Source of the DNA: Myxococcota bacterium
GTDB taxonomy: Bacteria; Myxococcota_A; UBA796; UBA2385
Direction of reading: 5' to 3'
Length of the DNA: 64,000 nt
NCBI GenBank assembly: GCA_044344255.1
Contig: JBIJDH010000006.1
Location: 224,001 to 288,000 of the forward strand
Shown here: one piece after another, positions 1 to 11,596 of the stretch
How the letters are laid out: each line of letters opens with the position of its first letter
Position numbering within the stretch: the stretch's first letter is position 1
Made by a program: the position numbers and the translations under genes
The notes under the pieces: generated by a model
What the model saw: only the letters and a program-made list of their open reading frames with translations
Told to the model about the DNA's origin: nothing
Databases searched by the model: none

Positions 1-143
1 CGGCCCTCCCATCGGCCCCCACCGGTCGAGGCTCCGGCCTGTGAAGCTCCCGTCAGGCCGGACTATGGAGCGGCTTCTCCCGGAACCCCCGCCGACCCCG
101 CCGGGTCAGGGGATGGGTCGCTGCTCTCCCGAGGACGCCCCCG

Positions 144-3100
144 ATGCCGCTCCCGATGCCGCTCCCCCGCCTGTCCCGCTTGCCCCTCCTCGGCCTGCCC
201 CTCCTCCTGGCCCTCGAGCTCCCCGCCGCCGCCGTGGAGCCTGCGGTGGTCGAGCCCGCCTTTCAGGCCCTCGCCGCTGGCCGGAGCGCCGAGGCGGAGC
301 GGGCGCTCGTGCGGGCCATCGCGGGGGCCTCGGCCGCCGATCAGGCCGATCTGCGCTGCGTCCTCGGCCGGGTGCAGCGGGTGACCGGTCAGCCGCGGGC
401 GGCGGCCCTCACCCTCGCGGCCGTGCCCCTCGAGGCCCCGTGTGGGCGCCGCGCCGCCTTCGAGCGGGCGGACGCGCTGGCCGAGCTCGGTGACACGGCG
501 GGGGCCGCCCAGATCTACGCCGCGGCGGGGCGCCCGGTGATGGGAGAGGACCGCGACCATGCCGTGGTGGACTACGCCATCAAGCTGGCGGACCGCATCG
601 TGGCCGACCCCGACATGGACGACGGTACCGCCGCCGCGCTGCTCGGCCTCGGCCTCGACGCCCGCCTCTCCACCGCTCATGAGGTGTCCCTCCACCGTCG
701 CCTCGCGGACCTGCTGCTGCGCGAGCTGGATGCAGATCGGCCGGTGAACGAGACGCTGCGCGGACAGAGCTCCGAGGCCCTGCGCGGCCTCGTGCTCGCC
801 GGCGCCCTGCCCGATGAGCCCGCGCTGCGGCGGCAGCTCGCCCGCCTGGCCCAGACCCCCGCCGACGCCGTGGCGCTCCTCGCCCCGCTCGCGGCCGACG
901 CCGAGACGCTCGCGGTGCGCGCCCGCATCCTCACGCCCCATGGGGTCGACCGCGCCCGCCCCGACTGGGAGCGCCTCCTCGGCATGGACGCCGCCGCGAG
1001 CCTCGCCGCCCGCCGGGCCCTCGGCCTCACCTTGTCGGCCGAGGGCTCCCGCGACGCCTTCGCCCTCCTCGACGGCATCGACGACGAGCACCGCGGCAGC
1101 GAGGAGGAGGCCGACCTCGTCTCCCTCGCCGTCGCCACCGGTGACCTCGCCGACGTCGTCCGCCGCGCCGAGCGCTGGTTGCAGCGTTTCCCCTCGGGCG
1201 AGCAGCGGCCCGAGGTCGAGCGCTGGCGGCGGGACGCGATGCTCGGCCTCGCCCGGCAGGCCCTCCACGACCGGCAGCCCGCCGTCGCCCTCGCCGCCGA
1301 TGAGGCCTTCCTCGCTGCCTTCCCGAACGACGAGGAGGTCTCCCGGGTGGCCTTCGAGGCGGGCCTCGCCGCCCGCGCCGCCGGTGACCTCTCCGGCGCG
1401 CGCCGCCGCTGGGAGGAGGTGCTCGCCCGCTGGCCCGGGGGCTACGACGCCCAGCAGAGCGTGGCGGCGATCGCCAAGCTCATCGCCTTTGACCAGGGCA
1501 AGCCCGAAGAGGCCCTCTCCTGGCTCCGCGCCCAGCAGGCCGACGGGGACCGGGCCGGGGCCGCCGCGGCGGTGCGCGCCGAGCTCGAGGAGGCCGACGT
1601 CAGCATCGCCAGCCTCCGCCGGCAGGATCCGCGCTCCACCCCCACGGTGCGCCTCGCCGCCCGCAACCTCGAGACCCTGAACCTCCGCCTCCACCCCATC
1701 GATCCGGTCGCCTTCCTCCGCGCCGGCCACGGCCCCGCCTCGCTCCCCGACCTCGACGTGGCCGTCATCGCCCCCGAGCGGGAGTGGGCGGTGGCCGTGC
1801 CCGGCTACGTCCCCGCGCGTCAGCTCCGCTTCGGCGCGCCGCTCCCCAAGGTGGGCGCCGGGCTCTACGCGGTCACCGCCGCCGCCCCCACCCGCGAGGC
1901 CCGCAGCCTCGTGATGGTGAGCGATCTCGACCTCATCGCCCGGGTGAACGGCCCCGATCTCGCGGTGGCGGTCCTCCGGCACGGCCAGCGGGTGCGGGGA
2001 GCCCGGGTGCTCGTCTGGGCAGACGGGCTCATCCTCGACGGGAAGACCGACGGCGACGGGCTCTTCACCACGGAGACCTCGGCGCGGCGCCTGATCGTGC
2101 TCGGCCTCGACGGCGGCTCCCCCGCCCTGGTCGAGCTCAGCCGGCCCTCCGCCGGGGCCGCGGTCGAGCCCACCGTCGAGGCCCAGGCCGAGCTCGATCG
2201 GCCGGCCTACCGCCCCGGAGACCGCGTCGGGCTGCGCATCGTGGCGCGGAAGGGCGAGGCGCCGGTGGTCGGGGCCTGGTCGGTCTGGCTCTCGGTGGGC
2301 GGGGTCGATCTGGACCCCATCCGCCTGGAGGCCGACCGCCGGGGCCTCCTCCACGGCGCGCTGCCCCTGCCGAAGCGCCACACCGGGCTCCGCGCCGCGA
2401 AGGGCGTGCTCCGCGGGCGGGCGCCGGGGTCGTCGCAGGTCGTCGATCTGGCCCGCTTCACCGTGGTCGACGAGGCCGAGGGGCAGCGGCACCTCCGCGG
2501 GGAGTGGGTCGAAGCGGGAGAGGGCGCCGCGGGGCGGGTCCGCTTCCGCCTCCAGGAGGCCGATGGGCGGCCCGTCGTCGGCGCCCGGCTCCACTGGACC
2601 CTCAACCCGGGCACGAAAGAGGGCAGCGGGACCACCGACCCGCGGGGGGAGCTCTGGCTCGACGCCCCGCCCGAGGGCCTCGGCTGGACGGTCACCGCCG
2701 ACCTGCCCGGCTCCACGCTGCGAGAGACGGCCGGGCCTCCTTACGATCCCGCCGCCGCGCTCTTCGTCGAGGCCGACCAGGACATCCTCCGCCCCGGTGA
2801 GCCCCTGAAGCTCCAGCTCCGGGGCGGCCAGGGAGAGGCCCGCCTCCGCCTCCTCGCGCTGGACGGGGTCTCCGAGCCGGCGCCGGTGCCCGAGGCCGAC
2901 CCCTGGTCCGAGCGCCTCGCCCACGCGCTCGAGGGGCCGAAGTCCTGGCAGGGCGCCGCCCCCCCGGAGGAGGCGGGCGGCCTCGTGCGGAGCGTCTGGA
3001 CGGGCAGCCAGCGCCTGCCTGCCGCCGACGGGGCCGCGCCGGTCGAGCTCCGCGTGCCCACCACCGGGCTCGCGCCGGGGCGCTACCGCCTCGTGACGGT

Positions 3101-6100
3101 CGATGAGGCCGGGATGATCGTCCACCTGGAGCTGCGCATCGCGGCCGAGGGGCTCCGCCTCGTCGGCCTGCCCTCCCGGATCCCGGTGGGGAGGCCCTTC
3201 GACATCGGCGTGGAGGGAGCCCCGGCCCTGCTCACGGTCGAAGACGGGCGGCAGCCGGTGGAGCGCCTCCTGCAGCCGGGAGAGCGGCTGACCCTCACGC
3301 CCGGCGAAGGCTGGGGGGACACGAGTCAGCACATCAAGGTCTGCGCGACCGCCGTGGATGGCACCACCCACTGTCGGGACGTGTCGCTCGAGCGCGATCT
3401 CCGGGTGACCACGAAGGTCGAAGAGCGCGACGGCCAGTGGGTGATCGACCTCTCGGTGACCGACGCCGCCGGCGCGCCCACCCGCGCCGAGCTCGCCCTC
3501 TCCGCCCTCGACGACCGCTTCGTGTCGGGGGCCGGCCACCCGAGCCGGATCTGGTCGAGCCGCTTCCGGGGGCTCCACACGGCGGCCACCCCCGCCGGGG
3601 GTGTGGCCTCGGCCTTCCAGCACGGGCGGGAGTCCGAGGCCGTGAGCGCCGCCCTGCTCGCCGAGAGCGCGCGCGAGGAGGAGCAGCGGCGGGCCCGCGA
3701 CGCCGCCAGCGGCAAGCTGAGCTCGAGCCGAGCCTTGATCATGATGGACGAGGCGATCCTCATCACCTCGCAGGGCCTGGGCTCGATCGGCACGAGGGGG
3801 ATGGGCGGCGGGGCCTCGGGCTACGGCTCGGGGGGCGGCTCGCTCGGCGGGGTCGGCCGGGGCGGCGTCGCCGGGGGCGGCCTCACCCGCCTCCCCGGCC
3901 ACCGCGAGGCCGCGGTCTGGCTGGTGAAGGACACCGATGAGCAAGGCCACCTGCGGGTCGTCGTCGATCGGCCGCCGGTGATCGCCGACTGGACCCTCCG
4001 CGTGACCGCTGCCACCGCCACCGCCCTCGGCCACGACGAGCAGGCCCTCCCAGCGGCCCGGGTCCCCCACCTCGAGCTCCCGAGCCCCGGCCCCGGCCGG
4101 CCGGGGGACCGCCTCGATCCGCTGCTGACGCTGGTCGGGGAGGGGACGGCCCCCTTCCGAGGCAGCCTGCGGGTGGGCCGCGACACCACCCCCGTGACCG
4201 TCCAGCCCGGCGAGGCGCTGCGCCTGCCGCTCGGCGCCCTGCTCCCCGGAGAGGAGCGCGCCGTCGTGCTGCTCGACGAGGGCGGGCGGGTGATCGAGGA
4301 GGCCACGCTCCGCTTCCCGCTCTACACCGGGCCGCTCGACCCGGGTGGCGACGTCGTCTCCGTCTCGATCGGCGCCGGCGGGGGGCTCCCCTTCGTGCCC
4401 CTCGCCCTCGCTGACGATCCCGGCGCCGCCTTCGATCCCGTGCGCGCCGCCCGCCAGGGCCTCGCCGCGCTGGCCGCCCTCCCCGCCGCCGAGGGGGCGG
4501 AGCGCGAGGCCCTGCTCGCCGCCGTGCGCGCCACCCGCGGCGCCCTCCTCGAGGCCGGCCTCCCCGTGGGGCTCCCCGAGGTCGCCCTCTTCCACGTCGA
4601 GGCGGCCGGGCTCGTGGGGCTCAGCCGGGCCCAGCTCGGCGCGCTCTCCGAGGGCGGTGAGGGCCCCGTCGAGGAGCGGCTCCTGCTGCTCATCGCCCGC
4701 GCCAAGGCGGGGCAGCCGGTGGAGGAGGGCACCGTCGCCCGCCTGCTCCGGGAGGCGCCGCGGCTCTCCGAGGTCGGCGCCGCCCGCCTCGGCCGCCTGC
4801 TCGTCGCCCTCGGCCGCCCGGAGGAGGCCAAGGCCGCCCTCCGCGGGGCGGGGCCCGAGGCCGCCCTCCTCCGCCGCCAGCTCGGCCTGCCGGTCGACCG
4901 CGAGGCGCTGCTCGCCGCCGGGCCGCCCCTCGTCGGAGAGGCCGGCCGCGCCGAGTGGATCGGCGCCCTCGTCGCGCCGCGCGGCCAGGCCACCGGCCTC
5001 GCCACCGTGTCGGTCGAGGGCCAGCCGCCGCTCCACCTCGATCGCGGGGCCGGCGGCGAGCTCCGCTTCGTGCTCCCGCCGGGGGCCACGGTGCGGGTGG
5101 ACGGGCCGGCCCTCCTCACCCGCCACGGGCCGCCCACCGGCGCGCGGGCCGCGGCCTCGGCGAACCTCCCGCTCCTCCGCCTGCCCGCCGAGCTCGACGG
5201 CCTGCCGGCCCCCCTGGATCCCGACGCCGACTCGCTGCGCTGCGGTGCAGAGGGCCCCTGCCGGCTCGCCGTCGGCGACGCGCTCCGCCTCCCCGGCAGC
5301 CTGACCCCGCCGGGCTGGGCCGCCCCCGCCGGCCTCCAGGTGGAGACCGGCACGGACGGCCGCCTCGTGCTGCGGGCCGTCGTCCCCGGCCGCTTCACCC
5401 TCGCCGGCCTCTCTGTGGTCGGCGCGGAGGGCGTCGTCTCGCCGATGCGACCGATCCCCGTCGAGGTGGGCCCCATCGACCCCGCCGTCGAGGGGGGCCT
5501 GCTCGACCAGCGCATCGCGCTCCGCGTGGCGCAGGGGCGCTTCGCCCAGGGTGGGGACGGCGCGGCCCTGCTCGACCGCTGGGCGAGCCTCGAGGACTGG
5601 CCAGAGGGGGACCGGGGCGACGTCGCGGGCCTCCGCTTCCAGCAGGCCCTGCGCGACCGCCGCCCCGAGGCCGAGCTCGTCGCCCGCTTCGAGGACCTCC
5701 GCGACGCCGATCCCGGCCACGCCATCGCCTTCGACGAGGTGGTGGCCGTGGCCGACGCGTACGGTCGTGTGGGCCGCCCCGACCGCGCCCTCGACGTCTG
5801 GCGGGCGGGCCTCGGCGCCGCCTTCCTCGCCGAGGCCGCGCCGGCGCGCCAGCTCGAGGACATCACCGGGCGCTTCACCTCGCTCCAGGCGATGCGCGAG
5901 CTCATCGACCGCTACCCCGTGTTGCCCGTGGTCGAAGAGGCGGCCTTCCACCTGCCCGATCTTGCCGGCGCCATGGCCGACGAGCCGCTCCCGCCCGAGC
6001 TCGTCAACGCCGGGGTCACCGCCACCGATCTCCGCCTCCTCGCCGCCGCCTGGGGCCGCGAGCTCGTCACCCTCCACCCGCGCGCCCCGCAGGTGCCCGA

Positions 6101-7199
6101 GGCCGGCTTCGCCCTCGTCGAGGGCCTGCTCCGCCTCCGCGCCTGGGGCCCCGCCGCCGACTGGTCGGCCCGCCTCGCCGCCGCCTGGCCGGAGAGCCCG
6201 CTCCAGGACAGCTTCGTCTACCTCGAGGGGGTCTCCCGCTCCGAGCTCGGCCAGGATCGGCGCTCCATCGACCTCTTCGAGCGCCTCTCCACGGGCTCCT
6301 TCCCCCAGGAGGGGGGCGCGCTCGGGGCCGCCCGCACCCGCGAGGACGCCCGTTACGCCCTCGCCCGCCTCCACGAGGCCCGCGGGCGCCTCACCGAGGC
6401 CAAGGCCCTCTACGCCGAGGCCGCCCCCCACCGCCCCGAGGCCCGCCGCTCCGAGGAGGCCCTCTCCCGCGTGGAGCTCGAGGCGCAGGGGCTCGTCCTG
6501 CTCAAGGCTTCCGACTCGGCCGACCTCCCCCTCCGCCTCGCCAACGTCGACCGCGTGCACATCCGCGCCTATCGGCTCGACCTCCGCACCATCTTCCTCC
6601 GCGACGGCGGTCTCGAGCGGGCTCGCGAGGTGGAGATCGCCGGCATCAGCCCGGTCTGGTCGGGCGAGGCCCCGGGCAACGCCGCCCCCTTCCCGCGGGA
6701 GGTCGAGCTCGGCCTGCCCCTCCGCGGCGCCGGGGCCTGGCTCATCCAGCTCGACGGCGGCGGGCGCACGGCCACCTCCCTCGTCGTGCGCTCCGACCTC
6801 GAGATGGACAGCCTGCTCGAGGGCAGCGTCCAGCGGGTCACCCTCCACCACGGCAGCGGCGCCCCCGCCGCAGGCATCGAGGTCCGCGCCGTGTCCGGCG
6901 GCGAGGTGAAGGCCAGCCGCACCGACCTCCGCGGTGTCACCACCCTGCCCGCCGGCAGCCTCGTGCTCGCCTGGGACGGCGACGACCTCGCCTTCACCGC
7001 CCCCCAGGGCGCCCATGACGGCTGGGGCGCGCCCCCGGCCTCGCCGGCGCCCCCGCGGGGCATGCCGATGGAGTCCGAGGACGACCTCCTCGACGGCCTG
7101 CGCAACGATCTGCAGGAGCAGCGCGCCCGCAACGCCGCCGGCTACGAGCAGCGCTACCAGAAGCAGGCCGCCGAGGCCATCGACGCCAACATGCTGTAG
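144..7199 (+). CDS. Large secreted alpha-2-macroglobulin-like protein with TPR-like repeats (2351 aa)
   Basis: Signal peptide-like N-terminus; helical Ala/Leu TPR-like repeats; MG2-type motif ELDRPAYRPGDRV; A2M-like segment W...TDEQGHLRVVVDRPPVIADWTLRVTA; strong GC3 bias in this frame. Confidence 0.75.
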   Translation: MPLPMPLPRLSRLPLLGLPLLLALELPAAAVEPAVVEPAFQALAAGRSAEAERALVRAIAGASAADQADLRCVLGRVQRVTGQPRAAALTLAAVPLEAPCGRRAAFERADALAELGDTAGAAQIYAAAGRPVMGEDRDHAVVDYAIKLADRIVADPDMDDGTAAALLGLGLDARLSTAHEVSLHRRLADLLLRELDADRPVNETLRGQSSEALRGLVLAGALPDEPALRRQLARLAQTPADAVALLAPLAADAETLAVRARILTPHGVDRARPDWERLLGMDAAASLAARRALGLTLSAEGSRDAFALLDGIDDEHRGSEEEADLVSLAVATGDLADVVRRAERWLQRFPSGEQRPEVERWRRDAMLGLARQALHDRQPAVALAADEAFLAAFPNDEEVSRVAFEAGLAARAAGDLSGARRRWEEVLARWPGGYDAQQSVAAIAKLIAFDQGKPEEALSWLRAQQADGDRAGAAAAVRAELEEADVSIASLRRQDPRSTPTVRLAARNLETLNLRLHPIDPVAFLRAGHGPASLPDLDVAVIAPEREWAVAVPGYVPARQLRFGAPLPKVGAGLYAVTAAAPTREARSLVMVSDLDLIARVNGPDLAVAVLRHGQRVRGARVLVWADGLILDGKTDGDGLFTTETSARRLIVLGLDGGSPALVELSRPSAGAAVEPTVEAQAELDRPAYRPGDRVGLRIVARKGEAPVVGAWSVWLSVGGVDLDPIRLEADRRGLLHGALPLPKRHTGLRAAKGVLRGRAPGSSQVVDLARFTVVDEAEGQRHLRGEWVEAGEGAAGRVRFRLQEADGRPVVGARLHWTLNPGTKEGSGTTDPRGELWLDAPPEGLGWTVTADLPGSTLRETAGPPYDPAAALFVEADQDILRPGEPLKLQLRGGQGEARLRLLALDGVSEPAPVPEADPWSERLAHALEGPKSWQGAAPPEEAGGLVRSVWTGSQRLPAADGAAPVELRVPTTGLAPGRYRLVTVDEAGMIVHLELRIAAEGLRLVGLPSRIPVGRPFDIGVEGAPALLTVEDGRQPVERLLQPGERLTLTPGEGWGDTSQHIKVCATAVDGTTHCRDVSLERDLRVTTKVEERDGQWVIDLSVTDAAGAPTRAELALSALDDRFVSGAGHPSRIWSSRFRGLHTAATPAGGVASAFQHGRESEAVSAALLAESAREEEQRRARDAASGKLSSSRALIMMDEAILITSQGLGSIGTRGMGGGASGYGSGGGSLGGVGRGGVAGGGLTRLPGHREAAVWLVKDTDEQGHLRVVVDRPPVIADWTLRVTAATATALGHDEQALPAARVPHLELPSPGPGRPGDRLDPLLTLVGEGTAPFRGSLRVGRDTTPVTVQPGEALRLPLGALLPGEERAVVLLDEGGRVIEEATLRFPLYTGPLDPGGDVVSVSIGAGGGLPFVPLALADDPGAAFDPVRAARQGLAALAALPAAEGAEREALLAAVRATRGALLEAGLPVGLPEVALFHVEAAGLVGLSRAQLGALSEGGEGPVEERLLLLIARAKAGQPVEEGTVARLLREAPRLSEVGAARLGRLLVALGRPEEAKAALRGAGPEAALLRRQLGLPVDREALLAAGPPLVGEAGRAEWIGALVAPRGQATGLATVSVEGQPPLHLDRGAGGELRFVLPPGATVRVDGPALLTRHGPPTGARAAASANLPLLRLPAELDGLPAPLDPDADSLRCGAEGPCRLAVGDALRLPGSLTPPGWAAPAGLQVETGTDGRLVLRAVVPGRFTLAGLSVVGAEGVVSPMRPIPVEVGPIDPAVEGGLLDQRIALRVAQGRFAQGGDGAALLDRWASLEDWPEGDRGDVAGLRFQQALRDRRPEAELVARFEDLRDADPGHAIAFDEVVAVADAYGRVGRPDRALDVWRAGLGAAFLAEAAPARQLEDITGRFTSLQAMRELIDRYPVLPVVEEAAFHLPDLAGAMADEPLPPELVNAGVTATDLRLLAAAWGRELVTLHPRAPQVPEAGFALVEGLLRLRAWGPAADWSARLAAAWPESPLQDSFVYLEGVSRSELGQDRRSIDLFERLSTGSFPQEGGALGAARTREDARYALARLHEARGRLTEAKALYAEAAPHRPEARRSEEALSRVELEAQGLVLLKASDSADLPLRLANVDRVHIRAYRLDLRTIFLRDGGLERAREVEIAGISPVWSGEAPGNAAPFPREVELGLPLRGAGAWLIQLDGGGRTATSLVVRSDLEMDSLLEGSVQRVTLHHGSGAPAAGIEVRAVSGGEVKASRTDLRGVTTLPAGSLVLAWDGDDLAFTAPQGAHDGWGAPPASPAPPRGMPMESEDDLLDGLRNDLQEQRARNAAGYEQRYQKQAAEAIDANML

Positions 7200-7223
7200 G
7201 CTCGGCCTCGGAGGGGGCGCGGC

Positions 7224-8323
<1,100 letters not shown>

Positions 8324-8420
8324 CCGCGGTCGGGGCGGCCGACGGGTTCAGGTGTCTCCGACGGAGAGATGCGCTATGGGGCTGTTGTTCCCTTGAGCAG
8401 GGGGCGAGGAAGGGCGGTCG

Positions 8421-10121
8421 ATGTCTCCGATGCCAGCCAGTCTGCTGTTGTTGACCGCCTGCCAGTCCGCTCTGGTACCGGGCTTCTCCCTCCGAGATCC
8501 CGACACCGCTGCGGGCGTGGAGGCCAGCCCAGGCCCGGATTCCCAAGACACCTCATCCCCGCCCGGCGGGTCCGAAGGGGTGGTTGATCTCGGGGCGGCC
8601 TCCGTGCCCGATGAAGCCGACGCGGTCTTCGATCTCGGGGCGGTACATCGGATCGACCTGACGATGGCCGCGGCCGACTGGCTTCAGGTGAGGGACAACC
8701 CCGGCACGGAGGTCTGGTACGCAGCAGATTTCACTTGGGAGGGCGAGTCCATGCCGAATATCGGCATTCGCGCCTTCGGTCAGGGCTCGGTCGTCGCAGG
8801 AAAGCCACCCATAAAGCTCGACTTCGACCGCTACGAGGACGGGGCCGAGTGGCGTGGGCTCGAACAGATCAAGCTCGACAGCTCCGTCCAGGACGCCGGT
8901 TTCCTCAACGAGGCGGTGGGGACCCGTGTTCTGCGAGAGATGGACCTTCCGGCGGCCCGCACCGGATGGGCTCAGGTCTATGTGAACGGCACGCTCGCGG
9001 GCCTCTTCGTGGTGCTGGAGTCCATCGACGATCAGTTCTTGAAGCGGTGGTTCGGCGACGACGACGGGCCGCTCTACGGGATGGGAACCTGGATGTATGG
9101 GCAAGGGCTCAATCCCATCACCTGGGGCACCGTGCTTGATTGGTATGAGCCACAGACCTCCGCCGGTGGTGATGGGAACGAGATCCTCGCCGCCATCGAG
9201 GCCACGGCATCAGGGACGGACGACGAGTTCGCGGCGGCGGTGGATGTGGAGCGTTTCTCCAGGATCGCCGTGACCCGCTCCGCCATGGGGGCAATCGATC
9301 AATTCGCGGCGGACGGAAACAACTTCTACCTTTACGTCCACGACGGTCGTATCACGCCGATTGCCTGGGATCTGGACGCCGACCTGGGCTACCCCTACTA
9401 CTTCAACAATGCGCTCGAGATGGGCCTGGAGGAACCCTGGCTCTGGTCACATGCCAGGTACAACCCGGTAACTGGCGCGATCTATTCGGACCCTGTGCAT
9501 GCCCGGGCGGTCGCAGCGGGTTGGGACACGGAGGGGTGGCTCGCCGCCCTGCTCGCCGGCCCCCTGGACTGGGGCCTCCTCGATGCCCAGATATCGGGGT
9601 ATGAGGCTGTCATCCACGATGCGGCTTGCTCGGACACCTACATCTCCTGTGCGAGCTTTGAGCACCGGGTGGTTGACCTCCGCTTCTTCCTGCACACCCG
9701 GTTGGCGCGCCTCTCTGGCGCGGAGGTGGCGGCCTGCGAGCCTGCCCCGGACTGGTCGGTCACCGCGGTGTACGGGACCGCGTCCGTCGGCGCGAGCAGC
9801 TGGGCGCCCGGCTTCATGGTGGGCGGAGTCCATGCCTGTACCGGCATCTATGCGCCCGCCCCGAGCCGGATCGCCCTCGGTGTCGGGGCCGGCACGCTCT
9901 CCGGCGCGGCAGGGGTCCATGACCAGAACATGAACGGCTCCGCAGGGGTTCATTTCTCGATCATCCAAGACGACGTCATCCTTTGGGAGCGCACGGTCCT
10001 TGCTTATGAAGCGGCTGTTGCCTTCTCGGTTCCCGTCGCTGAAGGGAATGTGCTGCTGGTCGCGGAGGGCGGCACACCCGCCTATGACGGGGCATCCTGG
10101 GTGAACCTCGTCGTACCCTGA
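8421..10121 (+). CDS. CotH kinase family lipoprotein with probable C-terminal NPCBM/NEW2-like domain
   Basis: Lipobox LTAC; GIRAFGQGS..KPPIKLDFD, LNEAVG..LPAART..VYVNG..GLFVVLESID, NNFYLY..IAWDLD; C-terminal GIYAPAPSRI..GVHD..VHFSI; weaker GC3 bias than flanks. Confidence 0.85.
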   Translation: MSPMPASLLLLTACQSALVPGFSLRDPDTAAGVEASPGPDSQDTSSPPGGSEGVVDLGAASVPDEADAVFDLGAVHRIDLTMAAADWLQVRDNPGTEVWYAADFTWEGESMPNIGIRAFGQGSVVAGKPPIKLDFDRYEDGAEWRGLEQIKLDSSVQDAGFLNEAVGTRVLREMDLPAARTGWAQVYVNGTLAGLFVVLESIDDQFLKRWFGDDDGPLYGMGTWMYGQGLNPITWGTVLDWYEPQTSAGGDGNEILAAIEATASGTDDEFAAAVDVERFSRIAVTRSAMGAIDQFAADGNNFYLYVHDGRITPIAWDLDADLGYPYYFNNALEMGLEEPWLWSHARYNPVTGAIYSDPVHARAVAAGWDTEGWLAALLAGPLDWGLLDAQISGYEAVIHDAACSDTYISCASFEHRVVDLRFFLHTRLARLSGAEVAACEPAPDWSVTAVYGTASVGASSWAPGFMVGGVHACTGIYAPAPSRIALGVGAGTLSGAAGVHDQNMNGSAGVHFSIIQDDVILWERTVLAYEAAVAFSVPVAEGNVLLVAEGGTPAYDGASWVNLVVP

Positions 10122-10262
10122 TGGGCGAAACGATGGGATCGACAGCGATACCTACCAGACACCATAGGGCCCACCATAAGCCCCCATGTCGTTCCGACTC
10201 GTGTCCCCGTCATGTAGGCTGAGCGCGATGACTGCTCCCCGCCGTTCATGCGCCCTATCCCC

Positions 10263-10350
10263 GGCAGACGCCTCGAGCATCAACCTGTCCCGCTCGATGG
10301 TATACGGTGTGGGGGTGCTGCGGGAGGCGCTCGCTTATCGGTGGCGGCGG
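10263..10350 (+). pseudogene. Second copy of the 3' end of the GT2 gene (7841-7928)
   Basis: Ungapped 88-bp match, 75/88 identical by manual count; encodes [29 protein letters not shown] versus [29 protein letters not shown]. Confidence 0.88.
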
Positions 10351-10379
10351 ATGACTGGGGGCGGGTCGACGCCGACCAC

Positions 10380-10425
10380 CTGAAGGCCTGATCAGTACAA
10401 GGCGTTGGTGCGGGCGCCCCGATAA
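10380..10425 (+). promoter_or_regulatory. Motif shared with the cas3 upstream region (candidate WYL operator/promoter), copy 1
   Basis: ctgaaggcctgatcagtac..tgcgggcgccccgataa, ending 10 nt before the WYL start; same total length as copy at 11641-11686. Confidence 0.55.
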
Positions 10426-10435
10426 GGGCCTTGGT

Positions 10436-11407
10436 ATGACGACCCAACCCGAGAACGATCCCCGCAGCGCGCGGGTCCTCCGCATGTACCGCTGGTTCCT
10501 GTCCGGCCGGAAGGGCAAGACCGCTGAGGTCGCGGCCCATTGCGCCGCCGGAGACAAACGGAAGGCCCTCGCCGATCTGAAGCTCCTCGTGGACGAAGGC
10601 GCGATCGTCGCGCGGGGGGAGGGGGTAGACCGCATCTACGAGCTCCCGAGCACGACGCTCCCCCGGGAGCTCGATCTGCACGACGCCATCGCCCTCCTCC
10701 TCGGCAAGCAGGTCACCTCCTTCCTCGGCGGGGTGGGCCTCAACACCGTCTTCGAGCGCCTCGCCTTTGACCGCAGCCTCGACGTGCGGCGGCGCAGCCA
10801 CTTCGAGGGCAAGTTCATCTGTCTGCACGAGCCGGTTCGCGTGTACGACGAGCTTGCGGCGGCGGTGCTGCCCACGCTCGTGTGCGCCCTCATCGAGGAG
10901 CGGGCCGTGGAGCTCGACTATCGGCACAGCGGCGGCGAGATCGAGACCCTCCGTCACTTCCAGCCCCTCTCCCTCGCCCTCTATCGGCGGGGGATCTACA
11001 TCCTCGGGCGCTGCCCGGGGGAGCGCGCCCACCGCAGCCTCGCGCTCGAGCGCTTCGGTCGGGTTGTCCTCGGCGAAGCGGTCGAGTACCCGGCCGGCTG
11101 GGACCCGCAGCGCGTCCTCCGCCAGACCTTCGGGGTCTGGACGGATGGGCCCGTCGAGCGCGTCCGGCTGCGTTTCCCCGCGGCCCGGGCGCACCTCGTC
11201 TGGGCGCGAGAGTGGGTCGTCGGCCAGGTGATCACCGAGCTCCCGGAGGGCGGAGTCGAGCTCTGTTTTCAGGCGCGGGGAAAGGAGCTCGTGCGCTTCT
11301 GCCTGGAGTGGGGCCCGGCCGTGACCGTGATCGAGCCGGCTTGGCTGCGCGAGGCCGTGGTGGCGGAGCTGCGGGCTGCGCTCGCGAACTACCCCGGCGA
11401 GACCTGA
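10436..11407 (+). CDS. WYL-domain transcriptional regulator (HTH-WYL-WCX)
   Basis: N-terminal HTH-like region; WYL-like core ALIEERAVELDY..FQPLSLALYRRGIYILG..RSLALER; WCX-like tail ELVRFCLEWGPAVTVIEPAWLREAV. Confidence 0.9.
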   Translation: MTTQPENDPRSARVLRMYRWFLSGRKGKTAEVAAHCAAGDKRKALADLKLLVDEGAIVARGEGVDRIYELPSTTLPRELDLHDAIALLLGKQVTSFLGGVGLNTVFERLAFDRSLDVRRRSHFEGKFICLHEPVRVYDELAAAVLPTLVCALIEERAVELDYRHSGGEIETLRHFQPLSLALYRRGIYILGRCPGERAHRSLALERFGRVVLGEAVEYPAGWDPQRVLRQTFGVWTDGPVERVRLRFPAARAHLVWAREWVVGQVITELPEGGVELCFQARGKELVRFCLEWGPAVTVIEPAWLREAVVAELRAALANYPGET

Positions 11408-11433
11408 GGGGATCGCAGACCGTTCACCCAGGT

Positions 11434-11569
11434 GTGCGGTTGACCCGCTCCCCGACCCCGGCCCTCCCCACGAGGGGAGGCAGCCTGGCCCGTAGGACGT
11501 TCGGCGAACCCGCCAATTCGGTCCCCTCCCCCCTCTGTGGGGGAGGGACAGGGTGGGGGGCGCCTCGTG
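11434..11569. repeat. REP-doublet-like palindromic element between WYL and cas3
   Basis: Hairpins cctcccc-acga-ggggagg and ccctccccc-ctctgt-gggggaggg; homologous to 8012-8174. Confidence 0.8.
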
Positions 11570-11596
11570 GGATGGTGCCGAAAAGCACGTTGTAAA

